A stretch of DNA of 32,000 bases, taken from assembly GCF_000185985.2 (NCBI RefSeq), contig NC_014909.2, forward strand, positions 270,001 to 302,000, written 5' to 3'. Both the position numbers and the translations under genes were made by a program. Positions 29,266-32,000 of this stretch are shown one piece after another. Position 1 is the first letter of the stretch, and every line of letters starts with the position of its first letter. The DNA is from Candidatus Saccharimonadota bacterium (GTDB taxonomy: Bacteria; Pseudomonadota; Gammaproteobacteria; Enterobacterales; Enterobacteriaceae). The notes under the pieces are model-generated. The model was given only the letters and a program-made list of their open reading frames with translations. It searched no databases and had not been told where the DNA came from.

Positions 29266-32000
29266 TTAAGAAATAAGATTATTTAATTTGTGTATGAAAT
29301 CCCAGGATGGTCGATGAAAGAAAATGCCATTTTTATGTGAGATACCATTCATACCTCTTATAAATAAGTAATAAATCCCTCCAAAATCTTTTTCATAATT
29401 ATATGAGACTATTTTATGTTTTAAAAACCTGTGTATGGCTATGGTATAAAGTTGATACTGTAATTCATAACGATATTTAATCATAGCTGCTTGCATAGAA
29501 GAGTAGTTATAATAAAAATTATTTGATCCTAACCAATTAGTTTTATAATCTAATAAATAGTATTTTTTATTCCAATAAAATACTACATCAATAAAGCCTT
29601 GTAACATTCCAAGGATGTCTGGAAAAGTAATACATGCAGTTTTTGAGGATAATTCGTCATAGAATTTGCATAGAGAATCTAATTTTTGTGCTGTTAAACA
29701 ATTTTTGATAGATAAGCTAAATTTCATTTCAGTTTGTATGTTCGAGGAACGAATTTTAGAAAGAGTTAAATTATGATGATTAATTGGAGTATGTTTAATA
29801 GTATAAATCCATTGATGAATTAACGTTTTCCAATTTAAATGAACATTATATCGTTCCATTTGGATTTTTAACCATTGCATATCTATAGTTTGTTTAAAAA
29901 TTATAACTTTGAGAAGATTATGAAAAAAAGTACCATATATTTGCCCCTTGGGAAATGTATGGGTTGTTAATAAATTTAATTTAGAAGATTCTTTTGTAAA
30001 CTTAGAATTTAAATTAATTTGATATAATTCTTCAAGATTAAAATTTGATAATTTAGAAACATTAACAGCAACCTTATTGTTAATAAATTTTAAATTACTA
30101 TAACTTGTTATTTGTCGTGAGTTGTTACGTATTTGCATACATGAGGGTTGCCATATCTTAGAAAGTAAATGTAGTTGGGGTTTTTTAACAAATTTTGTTG
30201 TTGTGTTAGATGTATATTGTTGGTTTTTTTTCGAAATGATGCGAAAAGTAATATCTTTATTAGAACGTATACTGAGTTGTTGTAAGTATTGCTTTATCGA
30301 TTTTAAAGTATTGGGTGTATTATTTTGAATTAAGTATCCTAAAGCGCTGCGATGAAAATCAGTTAATTCATTGAATGAGTTTTGGCTACGATTACGCACA
30401 ATTGGTGCTATACCTATAGAACAATGATAAATACTACGTGTTATAGCGACATATAATAATCTTAAATTTTCTGATAAATGTTCTTCATTTAACAAGTCAA
30501 AGTCAGAGTGTAGTAGATTATGTTGTTTTAAATTTAATTGATATTTGAAATGAGTAATATAAGTGTTTTGTGCCTTGGCATTAAAGCTTGTTGCTGCAAA
30601 TGGTAAAAATGTTAATGGAAACTCTAAGCCTTTAGATTTATGTATAGTGCTAATTTTTATACAATTGTGATCATCCCTGTTAGACCGTACCATATAATCC
30701 ATAGATTCTTTTTTATATTGATTTAAAGGCTGATTTATTTTTAGTTCTAACCATATTATTAATTCGTATTCATTATTAAATTGTGTGGAAATATTATTTA
30801 ATAATTCCCCCAAATGCAAAATATTAATTAGATTATATTTTCCCGATGGTGTAGATAGTAATTTTTTCGGAATTTTGTAATAAAAAATTATTTTTTGAAT
30901 CATAGAAAGTATACTATTATTTTTCCAAATAAAGTAATATTTAGAAAATTCGTTAATTATTTGATCCCATTTTAATGTATTATTATAAACGTTTACAATT
31001 TGCATTGCGTTTAATCCAAAAAAAATAGTTGCAAGTGCGGGATAAATTGTTTCTTGTTTTGGAAATAAAATAGCTCGTAGTAATAATAGTAATTCATACG
31101 CTTCTATAGTGTTAAAAATATTGTTTCGGTTAGATAAAAATATGGTAGATATATTAATTTTTAATAATTCCAGTCGAATTAAGGAAGCTTCTAAATGATT
31201 TCTAACTAAAATGGTAATATCTGAGGTTTGAAGAGTTTTTTTATCAGTATTGGTTTTGAGCCAAATTTTTTTATCATTTATATTTTGTATTAATTTTTTT
31301 AAAGTTATAGCACATTCTTGTGCCATGATTGTTTTATAACTATTTTTAGTAACACATTTATCTAAGTATAACCAAAAACACATAGCTGATTGTGGTATGT
31401 TATGTATCATAAGTTTATGTCTATTATTTTTATAGGCAGCTTGTGTTGGAATAAATGAGATATCTTTAAATTTAAAAGGATTAGTAGTTGATTGAAATAA
31501 GTGATTGATAGCATTTACCATACCAGGTGATGACCGCCAATTAATATTTAGATGATATTTATAAGACAGATTTTGTCGTATTTTCATATACGTAAATATA
31601 TCAGCTCCTCGAAATCCATAGATAGCTTGTTTAGGATCTCCTAGTAAAATCAATCCATTTTTTAAAGAATGAGAATATAATTTATGAAATATTTTATATT
31701 GACTAAAGTCGGTGTCTTGAAATTCATCAATTATTGTAATTGGATAATATTTGAGTATTTTTTTAGTTAAATTGTTTTGTGTATTTTCAATTCCATTTTT
31801 TAATAAAATTGTTATAATATTATTGAAGGTTATTTGAGATTTAGAATAAATAAGGACATTCAAATTATTTTGAATATCTTTAAGAGCCGAATTTAATATT
31901 ATAAATTTAAATGATGTGAATTTTTGAAATAGTTGATCTATTGAATTAAATAAAGAAAAAACGTTAACCTCGTTGAGGTTATTACTAGAATTCAATATGG
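29266..32000 (-). CDS. recB: Exodeoxyribonuclease V beta subunit RecB (helicase-nuclease), 5' end outside the window
   Basis: The frame is open to the window edge. SF1A motifs are present: IIDEFQDTD, GDPKQAIYGFRGAD, NWRSSPG, TIHKSKGLEFP, LLYVAITRS. The C-terminal nuclease motif GFIDVVF....YYLLDYKTN...YQLYT.A.HRFL is present. The Walker A region (about 300 aa) should lie beyond position 32000. Confidence 0.9.
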   Translation of the reverse strand, partial: ILNSSNNLNEVNVFSLFNSIDQLFQKFTSFKFIILNSALKDIQNNLNVLIYSKSQITFNNIITILLKNGIENTQNNLTKKILKYYPITIIDEFQDTDFSQYKIFHKLYSHSLKNGLILLGDPKQAIYGFRGADIFTYMKIRQNLSYKYHLNINWRSSPGMVNAINHLFQSTTNPFKFKDISFIPTQAAYKNNRHKLMIHNIPQSAMCFWLYLDKCVTKNSYKTIMAQECAITLKKLIQNINDKKIWLKTNTDKKTLQTSDITILVRNHLEASLIRLELLKINISTIFLSNRNNIFNTIEAYELLLLLRAILFPKQETIYPALATIFFGLNAMQIVNVYNNTLKWDQIINEFSKYYFIWKNNSILSMIQKIIFYYKIPKKLLSTPSGKYNLINILHLGELLNNISTQFNNEYELIIWLELKINQPLNQYKKESMDYMVRSNRDDHNCIKISTIHKSKGLEFPLTFLPFAATSFNAKAQNTYITHFKYQLNLKQHNLLHSDFDLLNEEHLSENLRLLYVAITRSIYHCSIGIAPIVRNRSQNSFNELTDFHRSALGYLIQNNTPNTLKSIKQYLQQLSIRSNKDITFRIISKKNQQYTSNTTTKFVKKPQLHLLSKIWQPSCMQIRNNSRQITSYSNLKFINNKVAVNVSKLSNFNLEELYQINLNSKFTKESSKLNLLTTHTFPKGQIYGTFFHNLLKVIIFKQTIDMQWLKIQMERYNVHLNWKTLIHQWIYTIKHTPINHHNLTLSKIRSSNIQTEMKFSLSIKNCLTAQKLDSLCKFYDELSSKTACITFPDILGMLQGFIDVVFYWNKKYYLLDYKTNWLGSNNFYYNYSSMQAAMIKYRYELQYQLYTIAIHRFLKHKIVSYNYEKDFGGIYYLFIRGMNGISHKNGIFFHRPSWDFIHKLNNLIS

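Noticed and set aside
30122-30328. 68-aa + strand ORF
   Set aside because: It is antisense within recB.
1-32000. A novel defence, toxin-antitoxin, CRISPR, mobile-element or secretion system
   Set aside because: Every long ORF is accounted for by a conserved housekeeping gene in E. coli-like order. There are no direct-repeat arrays, integrase or transposase-like ORFs, or orphan multi-gene clusters. I also did not spot an E. coli Chi octamer (GCTGGTGG) by eye, but that scan was not exhaustive.

Overview
The window is very AT-rich and gene-dense, and almost entirely housekeeping. I can support 26 intact protein genes plus one decaying gene (ubiI/visC). From the clpX/yggX junction (about 2229..2398) onward, the gene order follows the E. 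coli K-12 region that runs mutY-yggX ... metK-speB ... pgk-fbaA ... rpiA ... ygfA-zapA ... ubiH-ubiI ... ygfZ ... prfB-lysS ... lysA ... rppH ... lgt ... recC/recB/recD (order recalled from memory). Many E. coli genes between these are absent. clpP-clpX sits upstream of the block.

This pattern fits a reduced-genome enterobacterial insect endosymbiont of the Blochmannia or Buchnera type. The organism call is inference from composition, synteny and gene content.

I found no rRNA, tRNA, CRISPR array, transposase, phage or defence genes, and no evidence of a novel multi-gene system. What deserves a second look is gene decay and recoding:
1. prfB (RF2) keeps a clean 265-codon ORF for the decoding and catalytic domains. 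Its N-terminal domain-1 region is full of stop codons, and a fossil of the canonical CUU UGA frameshift cassette sits upstream. TGA stop codons are still used in this window.
2. The ubiI/visC paralogue is split exactly at an 11-A homopolymer, where loss of one A restores the frame. Its FAD-binding motifs are eroded, while the adjacent ubiH is intact.
3. A 64-nt, 30-bp-stem near-perfect palindrome lies inside the ubiI remnant.
4. recB-recD is inverted relative to recC.
5. speB is retained without speA at the syntenic slot, and the zapA-ygfA spacer looks too short for 6S RNA.

All homology statements come from by-eye comparison with remembered E. coli protein sequences and motifs. No search was run.
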